From positions 6,867 to 70,866 of IMG/VR virus record IMGVR_UViG_3300025601_000016: a stretch of 64,000 bases of DNA. One strand, given 5' to 3'. The translations under genes and the position numbers were made by a program. The notes beneath the pieces were generated by a model. It had not been told where the DNA came from and made no database searches. It saw nothing but the letters and a program-made list of their open reading frames with translations. Positions 48,114 to 56,738 of the stretch are shown here, one piece after another. Position 1 is the stretch's first letter. Each line of letters starts with the position of its first letter. This DNA is from a virus.

Positions 48114-49175
48114 TCAAACTGTGCTGAGATCCGTAATCATCTTCATGGCGTATTGACCAAATTCTGGAACTTCACGGTCGATGTTTTTAAAGCGTGTAAT
48201 CACGCCACGACAAAAGATAACTTGGAAATCAGCACCAAAACGTTGAATGAAAGGTAGGATCTTAACAACCTCACCTTTAGTGACTTTGTTTGATGCCCAA
48301 CAAATCGTTGCAAACTTAGCACTTGCTTCCGTTGGCACAGAGATTCTAGCATTCATTTTTGGATCCAGAAGATCAGCCCAATCAGGAATATCTTTTTGAA
48401 CTTCACAAAAAGTCAAAAAGTCGTATCCAGCCGCTGCGCCAATCGTACCGGCTACTCGTGGTAGCATGTTTTCACGCACAATTTTCTTGCCATTAATCAG
48501 GCGATCAAGGAACTCCCAGGTCCGCGGACATGCATAAGTTTTGTCTGTGTGATCTGGTGTAAAGTTCAAAAGCATTGCTTGATTGAATTGAACATACGCA
48601 GTGATGCGATAGTCGATACCTTTTTGAGTAGCCCACTTAACCCAGTCTTTTGTAGAGACATTGAGTTCATAGTGAATAAGACGTGACTGAAGAGCAGTAG
48701 ACATTTTATGAACTACGGCTTTGTCAGTAATCTTGTTACCACATGCAATTGTGTAGACGTTCTCATGAAGATTAAAGCTACCAACCTGACGATCCAAGAT
48801 GAGCTTATAAGCAGCAGCCTGTACGGCTTTGTTTGCTGACGACAGCTCGTCAAGAAGCAGCAACCAACCATTCATTGCTTGTGTGGTTCCATCGTCCAGA
48901 GTACGCATAGGAAGCTCCTCACCCTCAAGTGGGAAGATATCAAAGGGCGTAAACGTAGCCTTATTACCATCTCGCATAGGGAAGCCCTGAAGATCTTCAG
49001 GTGTACACTGGCTCAAACGAAGATCGATAAGTTTTAGGTTAGCTTTATTAGCAAACTCTCTTGCTGCGTCAGACTTACCAATGCCTGGCGAAGAGGTAAT
49101 GTAAGGAACAAGACCATTTTTAAGGCATTCAGCCAGCTCCGTTTGGAGCTGGCCGTGATTGATAGTGATATCCAT
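48114..49175 (-). CDS. MoxR-like AAA+ ATPase (N4 gp24-like)
   Basis: SSPGIGKS, LLDE, PRTW. Confidence 0.9.
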   Translation of the reverse strand: MDITINHGQLQTELAECLKNGLVPYITSSPGIGKSDAAREFANKANLKLIDLRLSQCTPEDLQGFPMRDGNKATFTPFDIFPLEGEELPMRTLDDGTTQAMNGWLLLLDELSSANKAVQAAAYKLILDRQVGSFNLHENVYTIACGNKITDKAVVHKMSTALQSRLIHYELNVSTKDWVKWATQKGIDYRITAYVQFNQAMLLNFTPDHTDKTYACPRTWEFLDRLINGKKIVRENMLPRVAGTIGAAAGYDFLTFCEVQKDIPDWADLLDPKMNARISVPTEASAKFATICWASNKVTKGEVVKILPFIQRFGADFQVIFCRGVITRFKNIDREVPEFGQYAMKMITDLSTV

Positions 49176-49200
49176 GGGAGATCTCTTTTCTTGGGTTAAG

Positions 49201-49389
49201 TTAAAGGTCGTCTTTTTGAATTATTCTGGAACCACACCTGTTAGCGCAGTGCTCAGCTACATCATCAGACAGTCCTACTTTGTGGATTACACCTGATGGG
49301 TATTCTAAATGATAGATGTTGTGTTCTCGGCCGGTCGTCATTTTACGATAAATAGGGACAATCAATCTATTTCTTGGTTCGTCTGACAT
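49201..49389 (-). CDS. hypothetical protein (62 aa)
   Basis: GAGG RBS before MSDEPRNR. Confidence 0.6.
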   Translation of the reverse strand: MSDEPRNRLIVPIYRKMTTGREHNIYHLEYPSGVIHKVGLSDDVAEHCANRCGSRIIQKDDL

Positions 49390-49527
49390 GCTTTTTGTCC
49401 TCGGTTGTGATGAGTAGTTTTGCAATTTTTGGTTCGTCTCTGTGTATGCGTTTAAATAAATGCATAGCAATACGGACTCGATCCAGATGATTGGCTATCT
49501 CAAGAGATTCTTGAGCTGTTCGATTTC

Positions 49528-49635
49528 TCACAACAAAGCTATGATGTTAGGAATATTGAATAGTAGAAACAAAATAGCAGCCCAAAGAATTATCGTTATA
49601 CCTACTGTAATAAAAAAACCTTTACGACGGGACAT
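49528..49635 (-). CDS. small membrane peptide (35 aa)
   Basis: AAGGA RBS; MSRRKGFFITVGITIILWAAILFLLFNIPNIIALL. Confidence 0.5.
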   Translation of the reverse strand: MSRRKGFFITVGITIILWAAILFLLFNIPNIIALL

Positions 49636-49987
49636 ACTTCATTCCTTTCGTTGCCTCTGCATAAATTTGTCGTATCAAATGTATTCCGGCATTTGGTGAT
49701 GTGTCATAAAGCTCAGCACTAATTTTTCGTACAGCATGCAGCACTGTCGTATGGTCTGAGTGTCCAGTTTTTCTTGCAGCTCTTGGTAAGCTCCAACCAG
49801 ATTCAACACACAAAAGAAACCAAAAATAATGTCTAGCAGCAACGTAGTTACTTTTTTTGGTTTTAATCTTCAGATCATCTAAATTCATTTTATGAATCTT
49901 CATGACTGCTTTTAGATGTTTGTCTGATGCGTCTTTGGCACTCTCTACAACAATCTGATTACAACATGGGCAAATACGTTGGTTCAT
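49622..49987 (-). CDS. DnaA domain IV-like helix-turn-helix protein
   Basis: ARH...L......SLP...R..G..DHTTVLHAVRKI signature. Confidence 0.85.
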   Translation of the reverse strand: MNQRICPCCNQIVVESAKDASDKHLKAVMKIHKMNLDDLKIKTKKSNYVAARHYFWFLLCVESGWSLPRAARKTGHSDHTTVLHAVRKISAELYDTSPNAGIHLIRQIYAEATKGMKYVPS

Positions 49988-49988
49988 A

Positions 49989-50222
49989 TTATTCTTTCTG
50001 TTCGTTCATCATGTTCATGAGACTAGGCATTGATCTACTAAACTCACCACAATGCTCATCATCCTCAACCCTGGGTCTGAGATTATCAAACTGGACAAGT
50101 GTTTCTTGCCCAACAGTTAGATAGGACACATAGGGAATGGGAGGATATCTATAACAATGTCCCCCATAAGTGTCTCTTTTCTTCATGAACTCACAATTAG
50201 TACAAGTGCGATCATTCATCAT
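49989..50222 (-). CDS. small Cys-rich protein
   Basis: CxxC...C.RYPP...CGEF; GGAG RBS. Confidence 0.7.
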   Translation of the reverse strand: MMNDRTCTNCEFMKKRDTYGGHCYRYPPIPYVSYLTVGQETLVQFDNLRPRVEDDEHCGEFSRSMPSLMNMMNEQKE

Positions 50223-50460
50223 ATTCAATCTCCTCATGGTAATACGTCTTACTGTTGTGATGCTTTTTTGTAGCAATAAAGCCTAGCACATTTACAACAT
50301 GATGCGGAGGTCCATACGAGAAAGAACCATTACTTTCAGTTACGCTCCAGATTTGAGAAGGTTTGTAGCCAAGCTCAATCAAATCAATTGGACGTCTGAA
50401 GTAATTACCGTTTTTATCCCGTATTTCTTCAAACGGAAATTCTCGATAATAGTCAGTCAT
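50212..50460 (-). CDS. hypothetical protein
   Basis: 82-aa ORF coupled by ATGA overlap. Confidence 0.7.
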   Translation of the reverse strand: MTDYYREFPFEEIRDKNGNYFRRPIDLIELGYKPSQIWSVTESNGSFSYGPPHHVVNVLGFIATKKHHNSKTYYHEEIEYDE

Positions 50461-51080
50461 GCCGCATCCCTCTGCAGAGCAGTCGCAGCCCCTTCGATAA
50501 AATCCACAATCCGCAACGCTTCAGACTGGTAGCGCCTGGATGTCACCGTCTGGCAATGCTCGCGGGCCTGCTTAATTGCATCCCCACCAATCCATGTCCT
50601 GCACCCTGCCGTGATGACCAGCCCGCCGAGAATGGAAGTCCACGCGAAATATTCGTGACCGTCCAAACGAGTGACACGAGCGAACAGGATTAGTCCGCCC
50701 AAATTAGCACCGCGCATATCGGCACCGCGTAGATATGCACCGACCAGATAAACACCGTTCAGATTGGCACCACTTAGATTAACATCGCGCATATATGCAC
50801 CGCGCATATCGGCACCACGCATATCAGCACCGTACAAATTAACACCGCCCAGATCGGCATAGCTCAGATCGGCACCGCGTAGATATGCACCGCTTAGATC
50901 GGCACCGCCTAGATAGGCACCGCCTTTAAAGGCGACCTTTACAGCCAGCCCCAGCTTTACGCCCCAGTCTGCGCTTTTATTGCATTCGATTTTGGCGGTG
51001 AATTGGACCTCATGCGTCCAGCGATTTTTGATTTTGTAATGTTGTTCCTTGATTGTTTCAATCTCTCTCTCATCAACCAC
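50457..51080 (-). CDS. pentapeptide-repeat protein
   Basis: about 15 A(D/Y/N)(L/M)xG repeats; probable GTG start at 51080; GC-richer than flanks. Confidence 0.85.
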   Translation of the reverse strand: MVDEREIETIKEQHYKIKNRWTHEVQFTAKIECNKSADWGVKLGLAVKVAFKGGAYLGGADLSGAYLRGADLSYADLGGVNLYGADMRGADMRGAYMRDVNLSGANLNGVYLVGAYLRGADMRGANLGGLILFARVTRLDGHEYFAWTSILGGLVITAGCRTWIGGDAIKQAREHCQTVTSRRYQSEALRIVDFIEGAATALQRDAA

Positions 51081-51081
51081 T

Positions 51082-51225
51082 TTATTTAGATCCTTTTTTA
51101 ATTGGATAAAGAAGCGCCTCGAGCTCACGAATGTAAGCTACGAGGCGAAGAGTAGTCTCAGCATCTGGGTCTACAGCAAGAGCTGCTTTAGCGTCAGCTT
51201 CTATCTTATCCAGGTCAAGATTCAT
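51082..51225 (-). CDS. small hypothetical protein (47 aa)
   Basis: MNLDLDKIEADAKAALA...LVAYIRELEA; ATGA-coupled. Confidence 0.55.
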   Translation of the reverse strand: MNLDLDKIEADAKAALAVDPDAETTLRLVAYIRELEALLYPIKKGSK

Positions 51226-51353
51226 GACACTAGCTTAGAGATAAATAGCACCCCCAAACAAAAAATAATAAGCACCGCTACAGTGCCCATAGCTAGTTGA
51301 ACCATGTCGGCTCTGTATTCTTTATCTGTGATTATTTCATATTTCTTTTTCAT
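51222..51353 (-). CDS. small membrane protein
   Basis: MKKKYEII...AMGTVAVLIIFCLGVLFISKLVS. Confidence 0.45.
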   Translation of the reverse strand: MKKKYEIITDKEYRADMVQLAMGTVAVLIIFCLGVLFISKLVS

Positions 51354-51370
51354 GATAAATCTCATTGAGT

Positions 51371-51447
51371 TGGTTCACCCGACAGGACTCGAACCTGTGA
51401 CCCTCCGCTTAGAAGGCGGATGCTCTATCCAGCTGAGCTACGGATGA
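51371..51447 (-). tRNA. tRNA-Arg (anticodon TCT)
   Basis: full cloverleaf: TCATCCG/CGGGTGA, TAGCTCAGCTGGATAGAGC, loop CTTCTAA, GGTTCGAGTCC, encoded CCA. Confidence 0.97.
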
Positions 51448-51450
51448 TTG

Positions 51451-51774
51451 TTAAAATAACCAGTGTTTGTGGGGAGGGTGAGAAAATGCCTCAGCCTGCC
51501 CTACATGACGATAATACTTTCCGAGGAAAGCCTTACGTTCATGTTCTGTAAACGGATACGGTGGACACTGATTCCACCGACCGGCAGTAGCTTTAAAGAA
51601 CAACACAGGATCTATGTCAGCCTTTAACGCGTTACATCTTTTGCAGCAATCTACGAGAATGTAACCACCGTATTTCTTGGGCCATAGATGATCAGCTGTT
51701 CGTTGAGTGCCTATATCGCGCCCTCTAACTTTGGCGCTGTGTGTCATTTTTTCATGACAATAGAAGCACTCCAT
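51451..51774 (-). CDS. HNH endonuclease
   Basis: CFYC...TADHLWPKKYGG...CCKRCNALKAD. Confidence 0.85.
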   Translation of the reverse strand: MECFYCHEKMTHSAKVRGRDIGTQRTADHLWPKKYGGYILVDCCKRCNALKADIDPVLFFKATAGRWNQCPPYPFTEHERKAFLGKYYRHVGQAEAFSHPPHKHWLF

Positions 51775-51778
51775 TAGT

Positions 51779-52060
51779 TTACCTTTCTTTTTTAAACTCA
51801 AAATTTATTTTCTCAATTTGGTAGCATGTAGGTCCATGTATAACGAAGGTTATAAACACCAGAAAAACAATTAGTTTTCTTGCGTCTTTACCATCGTGCT
51901 CTGCCACCAAAAGCATAATTTTATCAATATTGTGTCTATCACCAAGAGCCTTTGGAAAGCCTTTTACACAATCTATCAATAAAAAAATAATGCCTGATCC
52001 AACCCACATAAGGCTGAACCAGGCAATGAGTTGTCCCATCAGGGATGCCATATCTAACAT
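51779..52060 (-). CDS. membrane protein (2 TM)
   Basis: two hydrophobic segments. Confidence 0.6.
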   Translation of the reverse strand: MLDMASLMGQLIAWFSLMWVGSGIIFLLIDCVKGFPKALGDRHNIDKIMLLVAEHDGKDARKLIVFLVFITFVIHGPTCYQIEKINFEFKKER

Positions 52061-52063
52061 GGC

Positions 52064-52288
52064 TTAATCAACGATCGTCTCTTCATTTGGAGATACGCTT
52101 TCTAGCTCATCTCCATTGATCAGAGTAAAGCCTTCTTGGTTTTTGGCGTAATAGCCTGCAGCGCCTTTGATAGGCAACTGGCTCATGCCTGAGAATTCAA
52201 ATCCTTCCGGAGCCTCTTCAGGTTTCGTAGTAAAGAACTTGATTTTCTTGGCAGAGTTATCGATAAAATAGTAACGGGCTTGGGACAT
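52064..52288 (-). CDS. hypothetical protein
   Basis: 74 aa; leader AGAGATCTCCCATG shared with the MoxR gene. Confidence 0.75.
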   Translation of the reverse strand: MSQARYYFIDNSAKKIKFFTTKPEEAPEGFEFSGMSQLPIKGAAGYYAKNQEGFTLINGDELESVSPNEETIVD

Positions 52289-52321
52289 GGGAGATCTCTC
52301 AGCTAGGGTTGAGCTAAGAAA

Positions 52322-52774
52322 CTACTCTTCTGCTTGGCTATGGTCAATTCCTTTATAGAACATAGCTACGTTTGTTGCTTTGTTTGAAGCAAAAACCTGA
52401 TCTCTATTTTTTGCTTCTGTTTCATTAGTCCAATACATTATTTTTCCTGCTGAATATGCATGAAGACCGTCTTTAAAATAGTGTTCTTGGAAGTCCTCAT
52501 CATCTTCTCCATTAACATAACATTGAATTAGACACCCTGTGTATATTGATGAGATTTTTAATAGTTCTTCTTTAAAACCATACCATTTAAGTTTTTCAGA
52601 AGAATAAAAGAATATTTCTCTACTTAAACAATCTACTGATGATTCAAAAAACTCAAGTATTTCAAAAGAGTTTTCAAAAAAATAATCAAAAAAGGATTTG
52701 TTTAACCCGGCAGCCATTTTCTCATATTCTTCAGTGTATTCAATACTCACCTCAAACATTGAACGATAACCCAT
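52322..52774 (-). CDS. hypothetical protein
   Basis: MGY.S.F...KWY...L..IS..Y.......GED.ED pattern seen in phage proteins. Confidence 0.75.
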   Translation of the reverse strand: MGYRSMFEVSIEYTEEYEKMAAGLNKSFFDYFFENSFEILEFFESSVDCLSREIFFYSSEKLKWYGFKEELLKISSIYTGCLIQCYVNGEDDEDFQEHYFKDGLHAYSAGKIMYWTNETEAKNRDQVFASNKATNVAMFYKGIDHSQAEE

Positions 52775-52788
52775 TATATATTTCCTTT

Positions 52789-52821
52789 AAAAAAACCGGA
52801 AGAGAGCGAACCCTCTTCCGG
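52789..52821 (-). terminator. Rho-independent terminator
   Basis: CCGGAAGAGGG-TTCG-CTCTCTTCCGG then a T-run. Confidence 0.9.
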
Positions 52822-52827
52822 CAATAG

Positions 52828-53064
52828 TTAGTACCGATACCAAATAGTGAAAATACCATCTATCAATAGTGGGTAATCTTCAGGTGTTTTAGGAATAGCC
52901 CTGATAATGATGTCTGCAAAATCACCTTCATCGCAGACATCTTCTGAAAGCTTTTTGAGTTTGATGAAGTCTGCATCTTCAACTGTGATTGCAAAGCAAT
53001 CATGATCTCCGCCGCCATCATCCCAGTTTTCATGTTGGGTTGTTAGTACCACTGTCTTGGTCAT
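52828..53064 (-). CDS. hypothetical protein
   Basis: AAGGA RBS, MTKTVVLTT... Confidence 0.65.
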   Translation of the reverse strand: MTKTVVLTTQHENWDDGGGDHDCFAITVEDADFIKLKKLSEDVCDEGDFADIIIRAIPKTPEDYPLLIDGIFTIWYRY

Positions 53065-53074
53065 TGAGTTTCCT

Positions 53075-54340
53075 TTATGAGAGAGTGTAATTTGCGTTGA
53101 TAATTTGATCTCCAATATCGCCTACTTTAATGAATTCTTTCTTGGATCCAGTAATTTGAGTAGCGAGATCAGATAGTATGTCACTCTTAGCTAAGCTGCT
53201 AAGAATGTGGTTGTACTGACGACGTACATCATTCCCATAATTAGGATGTGCTCTGAAGCAGTCATGAACTGCCAGCATTGGAAATGATTTAACAGGTAAA
53301 GTCATAAGCATATCATTAAGCTTATGAGCACTGATAAGGCTGATGTTGTTCTCATCAACCAGATCAATAACACGCGCCGAAAGAAAACCTGTGTTCAGGT
53401 AATTCTTCCATATCTTAGATAGAAGAATATCCTTCTGGCGTCCTTTGCCTTTAGTTGTGTCACGGCGTGTAGTACGTCGCATAGCAACGTTACACACTTC
53501 AATGAGTTTAGTTACCTGGCTCTCATCGAAGCTACAGCGTCTCATCATTTCCCTGACAATCATGCCATCAATTGAATGAACGATGTTAGGACTGAGTGAT
53601 CTACCTTTAGGAGTACCCTTAGCCTGCTTTGTATAGACAGGAGTTGCACCTCCCATAAATACAATTTCAGTTACGTCTACTTCATCAACAGTCATCTCTA
53701 CTTCAAAGCCATCCGGAAGTGTCCAGCTGTGCTCTGTAGCATATGGTTGCCACAAGCCTTTAAGTGACAGGTTTAATTCCCATGCACCAGGGATCTCATT
53801 TTCTATGATCTCATAAAAGAGATCTAGTGTAGGTGAGCCTTCACCAAAGAGAATCTTAGGCATAGCTGTAGAGCCATATAGAGCCGTCATGATTGCCTGT
53901 TTGAGTTCTGAGCGTGATGCTCTCAGCCTTGTTGCAGATCTGACTTTCATATCTGCAAAGAGCGTTGAGTAAGCGTCCTCACGATGACCAGTGTCGATGA
54001 CACCACATCGCCTTGCTGATTTCTCACAGTTTGCAAGTACCGCCAGGATCTGAAGACCTGACGAACATGCATCCAGTGAGATTGGATAACCAATAGCTTT
54101 ACCATCAAGCGTATCAGCGTATGCTTTCAAGCCTGCAAAGTAGAGTGCAGGCTTGTCAGCTGTATGAATAAGGCCAGCTAGATTGCCGGCCTTTTCTTGT
54201 TGATTAAACCAATTAATACGATCTTCAAAGTCTACCTTATCCAGGTCGACAGTTTCGCCATTAATATCTGTATCGCCATAGTTGGTAGCGATATCAATCT
54301 TCAGATACTCTAAGGCGGTGTACTCCGTGAAAGATGTCAT
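53075..54340 (-). CDS. RNA polymerase II subunit 2 (N4 gp16-like)
   Basis: LDACSSGLQ (motif A), R..LKQA.MT..YGS (B), N.VHSIDG, VHDCF (C). Confidence 0.95.
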   Translation of the reverse strand: MTSFTEYTALEYLKIDIATNYGDTDINGETVDLDKVDFEDRINWFNQQEKAGNLAGLIHTADKPALYFAGLKAYADTLDGKAIGYPISLDACSSGLQILAVLANCEKSARRCGVIDTGHREDAYSTLFADMKVRSATRLRASRSELKQAIMTALYGSTAMPKILFGEGSPTLDLFYEIIENEIPGAWELNLSLKGLWQPYATEHSWTLPDGFEVEMTVDEVDVTEIVFMGGATPVYTKQAKGTPKGRSLSPNIVHSIDGMIVREMMRRCSFDESQVTKLIEVCNVAMRRTTRRDTTKGKGRQKDILLSKIWKNYLNTGFLSARVIDLVDENNISLISAHKLNDMLMTLPVKSFPMLAVHDCFRAHPNYGNDVRRQYNHILSSLAKSDILSDLATQITGSKKEFIKVGDIGDQIINANYTLS

Positions 54341-54512
54341 AATCGTCCTTTCTTATGATATATTGGTAAGGGAGATCCCAGGCGTGAGACCAGCCACATG
54401 AGTAGTGGCCTAGTTCACCTGCTCTAGGGCAGTTAGCACGTTCAAGATCATCGTTGACTGAATCAAGTCCAGTAGCTTTTTTGTAGTTTTCTTTAGAGAG
54501 TGACTGAGACAT
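54294..54512 (-). CDS. hypothetical protein
   Basis: ATG...DDLERANC..AG..GH..CGW conserved-looking small phage protein. Confidence 0.7.
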   Translation of the reverse strand: MSQSLSKENYKKATGLDSVNDDLERANCPRAGELGHYSCGWSHAWDLPYQYIIRKDDYDIFHGVHRLRVSED

Positions 54513-54825
54513 AGTTCACCTTAAACAGCGGATTCGTTGCTCCATGATTTTTACTTTTTAAAAGACGTTCTAGGCCTTCTTTGGCTTGAGTAAGTTGTAT
54601 TTTGCTTGGGTAGAAAGGAAGCGGATTGGCGTTAAATACGATAAAGTAACAGACTTGTTCGTGTAACTCTTTCAAAGTACTTGCTCGTATTAGTCCTTTT
54701 TCTTTTGTTATGTTTTCTTGAATCATATTTAATTTGATCCATTCCTGGAAAGGGTTCTTATCCAATATAAGCCATTCAACTATTGGATCCCCTCTCCTCA
54801 TACCTGTTGTGAACACAACCATCAT
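54493..54825 (-). CDS. hypothetical protein
   Basis: 110-aa ORF in operon. Confidence 0.55.
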   Translation of the reverse strand: MMVVFTTGMRRGDPIVEWLILDKNPFQEWIKLNMIQENITKEKGLIRASTLKELHEQVCYFIVFNANPLPFYPSKIQLTQAKEGLERLLKSKNHGATNPLFKVNYVSVTL

Positions 54826-54840
54826 TTCTGGCTCTTTCTT

Positions 54841-55194
54841 TTAATGCCTCTTAATTTTGAAGGCGGTTACAATTGGGTTTTCAGCCATAAGGCTTCTAAG
54901 ATCTTCAAGAGATTCAGTTGCGTAATCATGTGACATTCCCAAACGCTCAAGGGTTTGTTGTATGACAATAGAAAACTCAATTTCTTCGATAACATTTTTG
55001 AGATTAGCTCTGCTAATCAAAGTATGTGTCTTAGTCTTATAACTACTCATACGCTTACGGAGAATCAGACCCCCAATATCGCTTTTTCTTGGAATGAGTA
55101 CTGAAGTTTCTTTTCTTTGGTTAGCGTATGATCCAGCAAACACAGTAATATTGGCTGTGTTTATGTTCGTGTAATTAGCACTGTAGTTTTTCAT
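54841..55194 (-). CDS. hypothetical protein
   Basis: 117-aa ORF, ATGA-coupled to RNAP1. Confidence 0.65.
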   Translation of the reverse strand: MKNYSANYTNINTANITVFAGSYANQRKETSVLIPRKSDIGGLILRKRMSSYKTKTHTLISRANLKNVIEEIEFSIVIQQTLERLGMSHDYATESLEDLRSLMAENPIVTAFKIKRH

Positions 55195-56156
55195 AAAACC
55201 ATTTCCTTGTTTGCAAACTCAACAACAGCCTTGTTCCAAGGATTGCCTTGATAGTTGACATGGTAACCCTGGCAGTAAGTTCTACCGCGGCGATCGTATT
55301 TATGAGTCAGCCAGAATGTGTCTCGCAATTGAGTAAGTGCGTAGATCACGTCTTTGCTGTTTTCATCGTATCTTTCAAAAGCTCTCACTCGCTTTTGATA
55401 CTCTTCATGAGTTTCATTAGGTCTTTTCTTATCTAGATCAGACCATGAGTTATCGATGAGCTCAGCTACTTGCGTATTCAGCGTGAGAGGTATCTTGTTC
55501 ATGCGATCGAGATGATCCAGGCAGAGATCTGCCATCTCGTAGAACGGCTTGCTTCGGCCGGCCTTGAGTACAATCATAGATCTGGAAGCCTCTTCGCTAA
55601 GATATCCATTGGTTCTGTTGTGCTTCAGCTTCTTGGGCTGAACCACCATTGGCAAAGGATACTGAAAGCGTTCAATGTCTTTAATGACATCAGAAGTCAG
55701 TTCTAACCTGATAATAAATTCTTCCCTATCCAGGGAATAATCTACAAAATCATATTCAATCGCTAATTCCAGTGCATCACCACAAGCCTGCATCGCTTGG
55801 ATATGGTTCCCACTACTGTCCATGAACTGAAAGTAGAGAGCTCCAATCAAAATCGACGCAGACGCTCGTTTATGAATTGCCATCTGAACACAGACACCAA
55901 TACAGAATTCTTTACTTATCTCTGTCGGAATACCCGATGATTCATACTTTTGAATGAACTCATCACAATCAAAAGCTGCCTTGATACGTGTGTATCTCTG
56001 GTTCTTATCGAAGAGTATTTCCAACTCTTCCTGGGCTTCCACGTAAGGTGCATCAGACAATCGAGTGTCTTTCAGCACAGTATAAGCAACACTACTCTTA
56101 CTAGCAAAACTAGGCTTTGCTTCGCTTTTAGACATGAATAGTTTATGCATACTCAT
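55191..56156 (-). CDS. RNA polymerase II subunit 1 (N4 gp15-like)
   Basis: QYPLPMVV.P, THKYDRRGR.YCQGYHVNYQG. Confidence 0.95.
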   Translation of the reverse strand: MSMHKLFMSKSEAKPSFASKSSVAYTVLKDTRLSDAPYVEAQEELEILFDKNQRYTRIKAAFDCDEFIQKYESSGIPTEISKEFCIGVCVQMAIHKRASASILIGALYFQFMDSSGNHIQAMQACGDALELAIEYDFVDYSLDREEFIIRLELTSDVIKDIERFQYPLPMVVQPKKLKHNRTNGYLSEEASRSMIVLKAGRSKPFYEMADLCLDHLDRMNKIPLTLNTQVAELIDNSWSDLDKKRPNETHEEYQKRVRAFERYDENSKDVIYALTQLRDTFWLTHKYDRRGRTYCQGYHVNYQGNPWNKAVVEFANKEMVL

Positions 56157-56251
56157 AGTAGCACCTCATTACTTAGGATTAAGGGAGTATCTACTGAAAA
56201 GTACTCATTTTGAGTACTTTAGTATTTAGGTCAGTAGATTTTGAGTTGAAC

Positions 56252-56659
56252 TCAGAATGGAAATACTTTGTTCAACATCTTATCAATAAGATCATGTATT
56301 TTGGTGTCTCTATCAAAATATGTATGAGTATAGCAGAAGTAGTCTACTTCACCTTTATTGTTGGTTCCTCTGGATATTGTAATCGTACCATTAGGTACTT
56401 TATTCATTATTGTTTCTATCTTGTGAGCCATATATCGATTAGTTGAATCAACTCTGGTTTTCACAGAAACATCCAGCTCGTCATTAAGAATGGCTTCGAT
56501 AAAGCTCTGTTGCTTCACGGCATTCTCAAATTCACCCATACTATAGCAGATCAAGTTAAGTTTAAGTGCTACTTCTTGAGCTTCGTATGGGTTAGCAAAC
56601 ACCATGTATTGGCTCATGTCATTGCCAACTTCCAAGTGAAATGAAGGTCTTCTGGACAT
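56252..56659 (-). CDS. N4 gp14-like hypothetical protein
   Basis: upstream of RNAP1; AAGGA RBS. Confidence 0.65.
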   Translation of the reverse strand: MSRRPSFHLEVGNDMSQYMVFANPYEAQEVALKLNLICYSMGEFENAVKQQSFIEAILNDELDVSVKTRVDSTNRYMAHKIETIMNKVPNGTITISRGTNNKGEVDYFCYTHTYFDRDTKIHDLIDKMLNKVFPF

Positions 56660-56738
56660 CTTGTTTCCTTTCTATTGTTACTATCTATCGGGCCGTGAGG
56701 CCCTACCCTAAGAAGGGTAGGGCCGAGAGGACCAGGCT

